A DNA stretch of 62,938 nt, the filler included, from Octopus bimaculoides (Eukaryota): assembly GCF_001194135.2 (NCBI RefSeq). It is 11 parts of 8 records of this genome, joined end to end, with 100 filler letters (N's around TTAATTAATTAA, not from the genome) between each part and the next. Parts side by side here need not be neighbours in the genome. Positions count along the whole stretch, not along the records: positions 25,193 to 30,455 come from NC_068981.1; positions 30,556 to 35,746 come from NC_069007.1; positions 35,847 to 40,249 come from NC_069000.1; 8 more parts are not named here. One strand, 5' to 3'. A model generated the notes under the pieces. That model searched no databases. It was not told where the DNA came from and saw only the letters and a list, made by a program, of their open reading frames with translations. Numbering within the stretch: the first letter of the stretch is position 1; every line of letters starts with the position of its first letter. Of this stretch, positions 25,911-40,349 are shown one piece after another. Position numbers and translations under genes: made by a program.

Positions 25911-26195
25911 CATCATCATCATCATCGTTTAACGTCCACTTTCCATGCTAGCATGGGTTGGACAATTTGACAGAGGATTGGTGAACCGGATGGCTACACC
26001 AGGCTCCAATCTGATCTGGCAGAGTTTCTACAGCTGGATGCTCTTCCTAACGCCAACCACTCCAAGAGTTATAGTGAGTGCTTTTACGTGCCACCGGCAC
26101 GGGGGCCAGTCACACGGTACTGGCAACAGCCATGCTCAAAATGGCGTTTTTTACGTGCCACCTGCACAGGAGCCAGTCCAGTGGCACTGTCAACT
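25911..26195 (-). mobile_element. SINE family with gttggcgttaggaagggcatcc core and (GAT)n tail
   Basis: Reverse complement matches 47495-47770. Other copies lie near 27975, 28735, 46600, 48280, 56820 and 57735. Confidence 0.85.
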
Positions 26196-26813
26196 TCAAC
26201 AACCATAATTAATTATTCTTGAGTTCTGTGAAATTTTTAATCTTTTTTTTATTTTTGCATGTCTTCTTCTCTTGTTNNNNNNNNNNNNNNNNNNNNNNNN
26301 NNNNNNNNNNNNNNNNNNNNNNNNNNNNNNNNNNNNNNNNNNNNNNNNNNNNNNNNNNNNNNNNNNNNNNNNNNNNNNNNNNNNNNNNNNNNNNNNNNNN
26401 NNNNNNNNNNNNNNNNNNNNNNNNNNNNNNNNNNNNNNNNNNNNNNNNNNNNNNNNNNNNNNNNNNNNNNNNNNNNNNNNNNNNNNNNNNNNNNNNNNNN
26501 NNNNNNNNNNNNNNNNNNNNNNNNNNNNNNNNNNNNNNNNNNNNNNNNNNNNNNNNNNNNNNNNNNNNNNNNNNNNNNNNNNNNNNNNNNNNNNNNNNNN
26601 NNNNNNNNNNNNNNNNNNNNNNNNNNNNNNNNNNNNNNNNNNNNNNNNNNNNNNNNNNNNNNNNNNNNNNNNNNNNNNNNNNNNNNNNNNNNNNNNNNNN
26701 NNNNNNNNNNNNNNNNNNNNNNNNNNNNNNNNNNNNNNNNNNNNNNNNNNNNNNNNNNNNNNNNNNNNNNNNNNNNNNNNNNNNNNNNNNNNNNNNNNNN
26801 NNNNNNNNNNNNN

Positions 26814-27137
26814 ACTTATTCTTTGTAAGCCTAGTACTTATTCTATCGGTCTCTTTTGCCGAACCGCTAAGTTACGGGAACATAAACACACCAGCATCGA
26901 TTGTCAAGCGAAGTTGAGGGGACAAACACAGACACACAAACATATACACACACATACATACATATATATATACATATATATGACAGGCTTCTTTCAGTTT
27001 CCGTTTACCAAATCCACTCACAAGGCTTTAGTCGGCCCGAGGCTATAGTAGAAGACACTTGCTCAAGGTGCCACGCAGTGGGACTGAACCCAGAACCATG
27101 TGGTTGGTAAGCAAGCTACTTACCACACAGCCACTCC
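26814..27137 (-). mobile_element. Composite CORE-like SINE
   Basis: Head ggctgtgtggtaagtagcttgcttacc, core accttgagcaagtgtcttctactatagcc, internal TA/TG repeat, then tail. Confidence 0.88.
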
Positions 27138-29491
27138 TATTTATTTATCTTATTTACTTGAGGGTAACCTGCATCTTATGATGCCAGACAAATAGCCAGA
27201 AATTTGATACTTCATTCATATCTGTCAGTTGTGCTGTATTGTATCTTTTGCCAAAACAACACTAACAAAATCTCTATCAATATAGCTGTAAAATGGATGC
27301 AGGCATGGTTGTTTCAATCCTGTTGTGTAGCACCTTGAGTAAATGTCTTCAGCCCAAAACTTGTAAGTGGATTTTGGTAGCCTAGAACTGTGCAGAAATC
27401 CATCAGAGGGAACATTCCTATTCCTTGATGGGTAGATTCATTCCATCACCAGTCTTACCACCACTTGGGTAACTTTAACAGAGTTCATTCTGTCGCAAGC
27501 ATTTTAGTGACATCTCTAATCTGAGTATAACATACACCCTTCCTCTTACCAATCTCAAAGGACTTGAAAGGGACCATAGCTGCAACCCTCCCCTTTCTAA
27601 CTAAACCATGACAGAAAAAGGTGCTGCTGGTTATGCAAACAATGCTTCTTTTAAGCATTTTGTTTATTTTCCTAGCTTAGTTCAATTCTGTTTGTGTGTG
27701 GGTACAGCTAAAAGAATGATGGCTTCCATCCACTTGGCTTATGATAAAGACACTACATGGAAACTAAGTCTTCAATGGGACCTCTTTGATGCATTCTATT
27801 ATGAGTTCCAGTCTTACCATCATCAACCCAACAAAACTTATTGTGGTAGTAGGTACTTTATAAAATCTATTTATCACATTACTAAATGGCAGAATTGGTA
27901 AAACATTGGGTAAACTCCATTTGTTGTATTTGGTTAATTGAAAATATTACCAATACCATATACTATAATGTATGTCATCATCATCATCATCATTGTTTAA
28001 CATCCATCTTCCAGGCATACATGGTTAGGGCAGTTGACAGGAGCCAACCAGGTAGAAGACTACCCCATGCAACTGTGTCTGTTTGGCAGGATTTTAAGGT
28101 TGGATGCCCTTCCTAACACCAACCACTCCAGTTCTTTAAATTCTAGAAGCTGTGATTGTTTTATCTGGAAAAAATCCCATTAAAGATGTATTGTTGTCAT
28201 TGTCCTCCTCTTCCTCCACCTTTAAAAGGTCACATGCAGATGTGGTACCAGCTGTGATAGTAGAACAACAAAATTTTCTAAATAGGGACTGAATAGGGGA
28301 AGATAATGTAACAGTTGGTTTGGCTGCAGCAGATACATCATCAACACACAAGGTCAACACAAATAATAAATCCAAGGTGGTCACATTAATACAACTGTTA
28401 CAACTTAATAGCAAAAATGAAATCCACTTTTAGACCTTGCCATTTGCAATCGAGTAATGTGCATGGTACTTGGAAAAATGTATCTCGCAACAAATAGCTG
28501 ATTGAAGTGATATACCAGAGTATGTCATATTTCATACTGCCAATTAATAAAAAAAATGCAATGTTGAGGCTTGCTATTTACATCTATGGAGATGCCATAT
28601 ACTTAGTTGTGCTGTTACACTGAAACTCAGTTTGTCATACACTAATAGTACATATAAAGTAATTAAATGCAACATCAAAAGCCAGGAGGCTCATGGACCT
28701 ATTAACGTAACTTATATGTTTATTCTACTGGGAGCCCACTCTGCTGGGTGGTTGGCGTTAGGAAGAGCATCCCACTGTAAAAACCCTGCCAAAACAGCCA
28801 CAGAAGTCTGGTGCAGGCTTCTGCCTGACCGGCTCCTGTCAAACCGTCCCACCCATGCCAGCATGGACGGAGACACTAAAGGATGATGATAATGATGATT
28901 AATGGATGTGTGCACCCAGTCTTCAGCATAGTACCCAGGCTATATATAATGTTGCACACAGATATATATATAATACAAATTGTAAAAACATTTATTTTTT
29001 TTCTACTTTGTGTAATTTTTTTCTTTCATTTCTATCTCTTTTGAATATATAGTTAACAGAATATTATTTATTCCATTCATAAAACAACAGGTCATGTACT
29101 AGTGAAGATAGCAATGATGACTAAAAATGGTGATGATGAGACTGAACAGAGTAGATGATGGTGACAAGAATGACAATAATGATGACTAACTTTTTGTCTT
29201 GCATTCAATAGTTTTACACTTAACCTGTATATACCTTCTTAAACATTCTCACTTCTTACAGAGCTAAAAGTTTTTATATTTGCTTTTACAGATAAAGTAT
29301 TCATGAATGAAAAGAAGGCTCAAAACGTCATGATTTTGATGAGAGGGAGGTTTCTTCAGACTGTAAGAAGTGTATCATCAGCGCTTGTTTCACTCCAAGA
29401 ACATAATTACGTTACGGTGGAAGATATACGCACTCTTCAAAAGTAATAATTTATTATCTTTACTATTCATTATTTTTTTATCGTAATTATT

Positions 29492-29705
29492 GAGGTGGCA
29501 GAAGCATTAGTGTATTGAGCAAAATGCTTAGCAATATTTTGCCTTTCTTTACATTCTGAGTTCAAATTCTGCCGAGGTTGGCTTTGCGTTTTATCTTTTT
29601 GGTTTCAATGAAATAAGTATCGATCAAGTACTTGAGTCAATGTAATCCACTACCTTCTCCCTTGAAATTTCAGGTTTTGTGCTTATAGTAGAAAGAATTA
29701 TTATT
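29492..29705 (+). mobile_element. Diverged tRNA-head SINE
   Basis: gaggtggcagaagcattag...ttctgagttcaaattctgccgaggttggctttgc aligns to 22955-23186. Confidence 0.75.
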
Positions 29706-30455
29706 GAGGAAGAGAGCAGTGCATGCCATCAAAGTGACACAGAGGTACAAATATACGAAGCCCAATATACCCATCATGACTACCCATCTGATGAGGATAC
29801 ACCAGGCATATGCATCACAACCATATGTGCACGACATGATGATCTCATATCGAGATAAACAGTGCATGACCTTGCAGGTGGAGCCCACTTAGAATTTTCT
29901 TCGAGTCAAGTAGCCCATCCCATTCGAAAGGTCCCTGAATAAGAGTTGTTTAAGGATGTTGAACAAAACACCCATGTTTCCAGAGGTGAATTATTCAAGC
30001 CCAAAAGAATTCCTCTCGACACATGGCCATGATGCTCCCCCACTACTTCTGCTCATGGTCAGAGATGCACATATCATCAGCCACTAAGGGACAGTATAAT
30101 GTAATAAAACATTACAGAGGATATATTATATATATAATTAAGATTATTTATGAATATATCAATGGCCAAATATTTAATCATAAAATAAATAGAAGAACGT
30201 TTATAATTATGAACAAATAGACATGACAAATAGAATCCACAACTTATAAATTCTATAACTGGTTAATTCCCTATTGCAATTTTGACACTAGGGACCACTT
30301 CAAGAACACATTCGTCTCATCGGGAAATATTCCTATAGATAGAAATCAAAATAATACTTTACTTTGAATCCCGACCGGCAAGAGAAATGTTTTAACCTCT
30401 ATCTACACATTCAAGTTATATGCATGGATATATATATATAAACAGCCATACTTAT

Positions 30456-30555
30456 NNNNNNNNNNNNNNNNNNNNNNNNNNNNNNNNNNNNNNNNNNNNT
30501 TAATTAATTAANNNNNNNNNNNNNNNNNNNNNNNNNNNNNNNNNNNNNNNNNNNN
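30456..30555. other. Artificial scaffold linker
   Basis: 44N + TTAATTAATTAA (30500-30511) + 44N. Confidence 0.97.
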
Positions 30556-30647
30556 ACACTGCAATATGCACATACATGCATACATGCATGCAGACATGCA
30601 CACAATACATATATACATGCAGAAATGGCTATCAGAGTGTATATATA

Positions 30648-30715
<68 letters not shown>

Positions 30716-30827
30716 AACATACATATATAGAGAAAGACAGACAGACAGACAGAGACAGGGAGAAAAGTTGGTAGATAAATATGCAGATAAGTAGGCATGA
30801 ATATATATATATGTGTGTGTGTGTATA

Positions 30828-30870
<43 letters not shown>

Positions 30871-31194
30871 GTATATGCTTACATACATGCATATCTATAT
30901 TTATTCATGCACACATACGCAAATTTTTTTCTTACCTTTTCCACTTTCCGCTTCTTTAACCCCTCTCCCCTCCCCACCCATCCAGTTTTTTTGTCATTCC
31001 TTTTCGTTGCTTACTTATTTCTTTTTTATTAATTAAAAATTTCAGTAAAAACTTTGATTATTCTATCAGTTTATTTAATTAGAAAAAAAAAAATCAGTTT
31101 ATTAGTTCAGACATGATGGCGTCTGCTGGATGGAACGGGAGGAGAAGAAAAGAAAAAAAAGAGACGTTCCTGAGCAGGGGAACTTGGCTGTTGT

Positions 31195-31688
31195 TTGATG
31201 ATACAGATGGTGACGGCTGTTGTTGTGGTTGTGGTTGCTGTCGCTGTTGTGGTTGAGGGTGATGACAATGATGATGATGATGATGATGACAATAACAATG
31301 ATGGTGATGATGGTGATGGTGATGGCGACATGATGATGATGATGATGACGATGATGATGATGACGATGATGATGATGATGATGATGATGATGACGATGAT
31401 GACGATGATTATGATGATGATGAGGATGATTATGATTAATGATGATGATGTTGATGATGATGATGATGTTTATGAAGAGGATGATGGTGATGATGATGAT
31501 GGTGATCGGCATGACGGCGATCACTACCACCACCACCAACACCGGCAGCACCACTGCACCATACCACTATGATAGTACGCCATACCGCTACCACTCTCAC
31601 TACCACCTAATCTACTTGACCTCCCTCCCCCAATTACATAGCCTTTAGCCATCATAACGGTCAAGTCGGACATCATTTACAACACTGA

Positions 31689-31753
<65 letters not shown>

Positions 31754-31925
31754 CCCACCCCCCACCGCTAACACCTTAACTACTACCACTACTACTATTA
31801 CTTCTGCTGCCACTACTACTACTACAATACTTCTGCTACTAATACTGCTACTACTACAACTACCACTACTACTGCTGTTGCTACTACTACGACCACTACT
31901 ACTACTATTACTTCTGCTGCTGCTG

Positions 31926-31964
<39 letters not shown>

Positions 31965-32280
31965 TTACTACTACTACTACTACTACTACTAATAATAATA
32001 ATAATAATAATACAACTACTACTACTACTATTAGTGCACAACTAACACTGACATTGATGGAGAGGAAATCATCATGATTGTGACCACTACCACCACTACC
32101 ACAACAACAACAACAACAATACTACCACCATCACCACCACCACCACCACTACCTACTACTACTATTTATACTATTAGTACTGCTGCTATCTGGCTGACCA
32201 ATACCAGCGCTAGTCAAGTGCAGAACAAGAAGCATTTACCACAACCACTTCCACCACCCTGACCACCACCGCCACCACGC
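31195..32280. repeat. Compound microsatellite patchwork (GTT, GAT, CAC, CT, ACT, AAT, ACA, CCA)
   Basis: Successive di- and trinucleotide tracts read directly. Confidence 0.9.
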
Positions 32281-33090
32281 TCCGGCACTGCCATCACAAA
32301 CAACTGCCATTGTTATTATAGGGGTCATTATTTTAAAGCATTTAGCCCTACTCAATATTCTATTCAGGGTCATCTAAGCAGTTTTCTGCCCCCGACCCCC
32401 ACCAGGCAAAATCATTGTATAGTATTTTTTATTGAAAGCAAGTCACAACACACATAGATCAGGATTAGGCCCCATGACCCGTGTAGACTCCTGGGCAACT
32501 GCTCATCGAACCCATGCCTTAAGACGGCTCTGATTCTATCTGCATATGAAGATGGACGGATGGCAGAAACGTTAAAGTGTCAGAAAATTGCCTTAAAAGA
32601 TTTGTTCTTGTTTGTTTGCATTCTGAGTTCAAATCGCACCGAGGTCACCTTTGCCTTAAATCTATTCGGGGTCGATAAAATAAAAATACAAGTCAAGTAC
32701 AGAAATCACTCGTATACCTTTACATTTTTTTTTTTTTTTATCCCGGGACACAACGAAAACTCGAACTGCGCAAGTCCAGAGCAATCTCCTTGTTTTCAAT
32801 CCCAACCGACCACCAGCGCCTGGGCTGCCGTTGAGCCATCCGAGCATGCATCGGACTGCGTGCCTCGTCTCCTTCTCCCATCTGATGTCATTGGTCATCG
32901 TCGACGACGACGGAGAGCTAAAAATGATAATAATATCCTGGTTATTGCAACGTTGTTTCAATCTTTCTTCTTCTCTCTCCACCACTCGATTACTTTCGAT
33001 TTCCTTCTCCAAAGATTTAAATCACTTCGTTGTAGTCACAACCTTTACAGCTTTCATATCCCAAATTCTTGCTATTTCAAATATTAAGGG

Positions 33091-33673
<583 letters not shown>

Positions 33674-34429
33674 GACAGAAGCGTTAGAAATGCTTCGCAG
33701 CATTTCGTCTGTCCTTGCACACACATACACATGCATATACACACGTGCACATCCATACACATACACACACATGCACACACATGCACACGCACATACACAT
33801 GCACAAACACACACATGCACACGCTCGCACATACATACATACATACACGTGCACACACACACACATGCACACTGATGCACACTTCACAACACACATACAT
33901 GCACGCATACACTCACACACTTACGCGCACACACGTATACACACAAATGCACACAAGCTCTCGTAAACACTCACACACATACACACATACGCACATACAC
34001 ATACACACATACGCACATACACATACACACATACTCGCACAAATATACACTCGCGTACACACACAAGCACACTCACATTGTACGAACATGATGTACACAC
34101 AGACACGCATGCACACACACACACACACACGCACACACACACGCACACACACGCACACACACGCACACACACGCACACACACGCACNNNNNNNNNNNNNN
34201 NNNNNNNNNNNNNNNNNNNNNNNNNNNNNNNNNNNNNNNNNNNNNNNNNNNNNNNNNNNNNNNNNNNNNNNNNNNNNNNNNNNNNNNNNNNNNNNNNNNN
34301 NNNNNNNNNNNNNNNNNNNNNNNNNNNNNNNNNNNNNNNNNNNNGATGGCAAGAGGATAGCAGTGGTGGTGGCGGCGGTGACGATGACGATGACGGTGGT
34401 TGTAATAATGGCGGCGACAGGATGATGAC

Positions 34430-34479
<50 letters not shown>

Positions 34480-35326
34480 CGACGATGATGAAGAACTGTG
34501 TGCAATGAGAGTAAAGTTCAACAGAACGTAATTGATCGTATCGTGCGAGGTCGGACTAATACGGCAGTCCTCTCGTCGATGGCAGCAGACATATTAGCCA
34601 GCGACCACTCACCTCCTTCCCCTAACCCTATCTGCCCCTTTCCTTATATCAAAACATTGTTTCTTCCATTGCAAGGGCTGCTTGTTGTCCCCACCCCCTA
34701 CCATCTATCTCTTCCTTTTCTATTCCGTGTTAAACTCCCTTCTATTTTGCGCCGGGCTTATACATCTAATATGGCGGCACAACACCGAACGCAGACAGGA
34801 TTTTACAATATCGTGACGTTAAAACCATATTGTGCTTGCCTTTTTGTCAAATCTATAACAGGATACGCAAATGTTAACACCGGCAAACTACGCCACTCTC
34901 TTATATCAACGCTACTAGGTCAATCCCGTATTTATTCATTCTGAAATATCGTGTCTAAAAGTTTAAAGAATATGACACCGAACTCTTCCCTCATCGATGT
35001 CTAACCGCCCTCCACCATCCTAAACCTACTTTCACTTTCATTTCATATACAGTCATCTGAATACTATTCCCCTGTTAAACACGTCGGCATTTGTTTCAGT
35101 TTAAAACGGGTTCTCAGCCATTTTCATTTTTACCTATGAACCCCTTGGATTTCTGTTGTACCTTATCGGACCCCTCAAACTCATTCGATGTCTAACCCTT
35201 TAGCATTCAGATTATTCTGCCAAGTGTAATGCTTATTTATTCCTATTCTTTCTTTGATTCAATTATTTGTTTCCGTCATTAGACTGCGGCCAAGCTGGAG
35301 CACCGCCTTAACGAGTTTTTAGTCGA

Positions 35327-35493
35327 ATGGACGCAATTAACATTGGATGAGACGAGCCTCCGTCTTCAGGGTAGAGAAGATTTTACATATCAGCTCTTAA
35401 TAATGCTCTGAATGTCTCTGCATAAAGACCTCAAATGTAAGATCTCTAACCTGCGGACGGAGGCTTGTCTCATCCAATGTTAATTGCATCCAT
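35327..35493. mobile_element. ~167-bp MITE with 38-bp TIRs (Tc1/mariner-type, TA-flanked on the right)
   Basis: 35327-35364 atggacgcaattaacattggatgagacgagcctccgtc is the reverse complement of 35456-35493 with 2 mismatches. It interrupts a SINE tail. Confidence 0.82.
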
Positions 35494-35639
35494 ACGGCCG
35501 CATATTGTGATGAACTAAATCAACCAACATTATTATTCATCGCCGAGCCCCCAGAAACAGCTGTAAGGACTTATAACACCTTTCTTCCACTCTTTTAATT
35601 TTCTCTATCGTTTGTACTCTGTGTAAGTTGGACCTATTA

Positions 35640-35704
<65 letters not shown>

Positions 35705-35746
35705 TGTGTTTGTCCCCCACCACCACCACCACCACCATTGCTTGAC

Positions 35747-35846
35747 NNNNNNNNNNNNNNNNNNNNNNNNNNNNNNNNNNNNNNNNNNNNTTAATTAATT
35801 AANNNNNNNNNNNNNNNNNNNNNNNNNNNNNNNNNNNNNNNNNNNN
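35747..35846. other. Artificial scaffold linker
   Basis: 44N + TTAATTAATTAA (35791-35802) + 44N. Confidence 0.97.
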
Positions 35847-35909
<63 letters not shown>

Positions 35910-36211
35910 CATATATATACATTTAGATATAGAATTAAACATGTATATACAGGATTATAATATAGGCATACGTATAATGTGTTTATAGATATATACATAT
36001 AAAAAGTTCGCACACAAGCACACACGTACACACATACATACACACTCACACTCACACACACACATCTAAATATAGAATACATGTATAAATTATATGTATA
36101 ATTTCAAATATATATTTAATCGACCATATACGCGTACATATGCCCGTATATAGACACATATCTATATTTATATTCAATACCCACACAGATATTAGATATA
36201 CAAACGTGAAG

Positions 36212-36261
<50 letters not shown>

Positions 36262-36710
36262 NNNNNNNNNNNNNNNNNNNNNNNNNNNNNNNNNNNNNNN
36301 NNNNNNNNNNNNNNNNNNNNNNNNNNNNNNNNNNNNNNNNNNNNNNNNNNNNNNNNNNNNNNNNNNNNNNNNNNNNNNNNNNNNNNNNNNNNNNNNNNNN
36401 NNNNNNNNNNNNNNNNNNNNNNNNNNNNNNNNNNNNNNNNNNNNNNNNNNNNNNNNNNNNNNNNNNNNNNNNNNNNNNNNNNNNNNNNNNNNNNNNNNNN
36501 NNNNNNNNNNNNNNNNNNNNNNNNNNNNNNNNNNNNNNNNNNNNNNNNNNNNNNNNNNNNNNNNNNNNNNNNNNNNNNNNNNNNNNNNNNNNNNNNNNNN
36601 NNNNNNNNNNNNNNNNNNNNNNNNNNNNNNNNNNNNNNNNNNNNNNNNNNNNNNNNNNNNNNNNNNNNNNNNNNNNNNNNNNNNNNNNNNNNNNNNNNNN
36701 NNNNNNNNNN

Positions 36711-36757
<47 letters not shown>

Positions 36758-37724
36758 GCATATGATGTAGCGAAAATCTCTCTGTGTGTACGTATGGTGG
36801 ATTGTGTACGTTTATATATTCAAAGAACCTGAACTGTGTCTGTTTTTTCTTGAATCAAGGTCAATGTTTTTAATGAACGTCATCCAAAAGTATCCCAGAA
36901 TAAGGCATGCGCAAATAAATCTAAGACACCTCTGGAGTAACACTTGGAGTATTCAAGATAAGAGTTCAGAAATGGCCTTTAAAAAAAATGACCGTTAAAT
37001 TGGAGAGGTCATTCCCAATCACACACACTTTCTTGTCTACCTTACAAAATATTCTATTGGCAAAATACATTAAAACCACATTCTTAGTTTAATAACCATA
37101 TATTGAAAACTTTTATATGCAGGTTAGGATACCATACCATCCTTCCAAGCTCAATAAAATAACTACCAATTATTGGTAGTTATTTGAGATAATTGAGATA
37201 ACTCTGTGATCGATCTAATCGACCTATCCTTCCCCGGAAATTGCTGGCCTTGTGCCAAAACATGAAAGCAATCTTTGTTTCACATATAAATGTGATTATA
37301 TTTCTAAAATATTCAGATATCATGATCTCTTAATGGAAACGTGTGTGATCGTTTGAAATACATACATGCATACATGCATACATATGTATGCATGTATGCA
37401 AATAAGCACACACAGCTATGAAATTGTAGGATCAACGTGTTGCATGACTATTTTGATCGTTAAACTAACCATATTTTATTGAATTGATCATGAATCAGGT
37501 ACCTTTTCTATACTTTCGCACTTGACTAAATGGAACTTCCAGAGAGATAAAGATACTTCCGGTATAGTTATAGTCCTTTAACTTCCGTAAAAAAAATAAA
37601 AAATGGAAAAAATGCGAAGATGACATCGGAAGAATTTGAACTCAGAGAGCGACGGAAGAATAACACTTGATACAATCGATCCAACGTCTATGCCAATCGG
37701 CCCACATACGCAAAGAACATACAT

Positions 37725-37795
<71 letters not shown>

Positions 37796-39181
37796 GTGTG
37801 TGTATGCGTGTGTGTATGTGTGTGTGTGTGGCGAGGAGTCTCGTTGGGGATTCTAACATCGCAAAGAGGAAATGTGTGAGCAGATAATATATTAGGAGCT
37901 GAATGTGTCCCGTCGTATTTTAAGCGGAACAATGTATATACTTCGTAACCCCTTACTCTATGAAGCATATCTTTTATCTTATATCATTTACTTGTTTTAG
38001 TCATTGGACTGCGGCCAAGCAGGGGCACTGCACCGAAGGGTTTAGTCAAACAAATCAACCCCAGTACATAGTTATTAACCCTAGTATCTATCTATCTATC
38101 TATCTATATATATATATATATATATATNNNNNNNNNNNNNNNNNNNNNNNNNNNNNNNNNNNNNNNNNNNNNNNNNNNNNNNNNNNNNNNNNNNNNNNNN
38201 NNNNNNNNNNNNNNNNNNNNNNNNNNNNNNNNNNNNNNNNNNNNNNNNNNNNNNNNNNNNNNNNNNNNNNNNNNNNNNNNNNNNNNNNNNNNNNNNNNNN
38301 NNNNNNNNNNNNNNNNNNNNNNNNNNNNNNNNNNNNNNNNNNNNNNNNNNNNNNNNNNNNNNNNNNNNNNNNNNNNNNNNNNNNNNNNNNNNNNNNNNNN
38401 NNNNNNNNNNNNNNNNNNNNNNNNNNNNNNNNNNNNNNNNNNNNNNNNNNNNNNNNNNNNNNNNNNNNNNNNATATATATAATGTAAAATACATACACAC
38501 GCGCATGTCACCTTCCTCCTTCCTCCTGTTTCCCACACACATCTGAGCAACAATCTTTTCCAACTACCGCTTTTCCGAATGTCCTGAAGAAGTCGTCTTC
38601 AGCCCGAAATATAGAAATACAAGCTAAAACTGCATCTTTGTTCCATTTTCTTCTTCTTTTGTTGTCTGCTCTGTACCTTTTCGCATTGTTCCATGTTTAC
38701 ACAAATGCATATACATGTGTGTGAGCACGTGTATGTTTATCTATGTATCTATCTATCTATAAAGTGCGTGTATATGTATGTGTGTGTATATGCTTCTTTG
38801 AAATTACGTCTACCATATCGACACGCAATATATTCGATGGCTCGTAGTTACACTCCAATAAATTTGTCCCAGGTGCGGTACATTGAGGTGGGACTGAACC
38901 CAAAAGCACGTGGTCGGGAAGCAAGCACCGTGCCACAGAGCAGCATTTGCACAATCACAACAATGTGTAGAATTCATATTATATTTTCTTTTATGTTCTC
39001 CAGGAAGAGGATAACAGCAGCCCTATATCACCGAAAGTACCACAAACATGAATTCCTTAACCTTACTAATTTGTGCATATATTCATATATTTCTAGGCAA
39101 CGCTATCAAATTAGAAAATACATTGGAAAAACACTCAAATAAATAAAAACACACACTTAGCGACCGGTAAATTGCATCATA

Positions 39182-39228
<47 letters not shown>

Positions 39229-39274
39229 TGTATGTATGTGTGTGTGTATGTATGTGTGTGTGTGTGTGTATGTA

Positions 39275-39325
<51 letters not shown>

Positions 39326-39430
39326 ATATACATATAACATATATATATAATATATAATATGCATAGACATATATACATATATAAATACATATATATATAT
39401 AGACATGTATTCAAATAGATAGATTTAAAT

Positions 39431-39516
<86 letters not shown>

Positions 39517-39544
39517 TCGTGCATGTAGGTATGTGTGTGTGAAT

Positions 39545-39578
<34 letters not shown>

Positions 39579-40249
39579 AAGTGCCTATGGGGTGTGTCAT
39601 TTCAGGAAAACAAAAAAAGCAGTTTGGCTATTAATATTAGCAGACCGAGTGAAAAGAGAAGGACTCCCTGGTTAGCACTGGGATCTTCGTGTTTTTAGGA
39701 GTTCTCAAAAAAAAAAAAAGAAAAAAAAAAAAGGTCAATATAGTTATTCACCCATCGCGACATACCTACCCTGATATAAAGGTCAGCCAATTGACTTTCT
39801 CTATGTCAGTAGTGCGTGGGAAAAATAAATAAATATTTATCCAACATTTTGAATCGCAGAGAAACACACACATATTGGTTAGATACAACTAGACAATGCA
39901 TATAGTATACATAAATATATCACAGATAGGTACATTGGTAAATACGTGTGAAGGAAATGGGTAGAAATAGTCGTGTGAATCGATTACAAGACGTGCCAGG
40001 TACATGTACGATTTAGACGAAGATGGAGGTATGATGGTTGGTGAAGCCAAACTTACTTAGCGTTGAGGGAATTGGACAGAATATTATGTGCCCGAAATTA
40101 ACCTTTTTTCGACAAGCAAGAACTTAACGAATAGAAGCAGGCATATATTTACACAGAGAGAATAACACGTACAAAGACATATTCTCAGATGAAATTAGAC
40201 ATATACATATGCATATATATGTGTGTATATATATACATGTATATATATG

Positions 40250-40349
40250 NNNNNNNNNNNNNNNNNNNNNNNNNNNNNNNNNNNNNNNNNNNNTTAATTA
40301 ATTAANNNNNNNNNNNNNNNNNNNNNNNNNNNNNNNNNNNNNNNNNNNN
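40250..40349. other. Artificial scaffold linker
   Basis: 44N + TTAATTAATTAA (40294-40305) + 44N. Confidence 0.97.

Noticed and set aside
31102-31648. Poly-His, poly-Asp or poly-Met protein
   Set aside because: It is a (GAT)n/(GTG)n compound microsatellite open in several frames on both strands.
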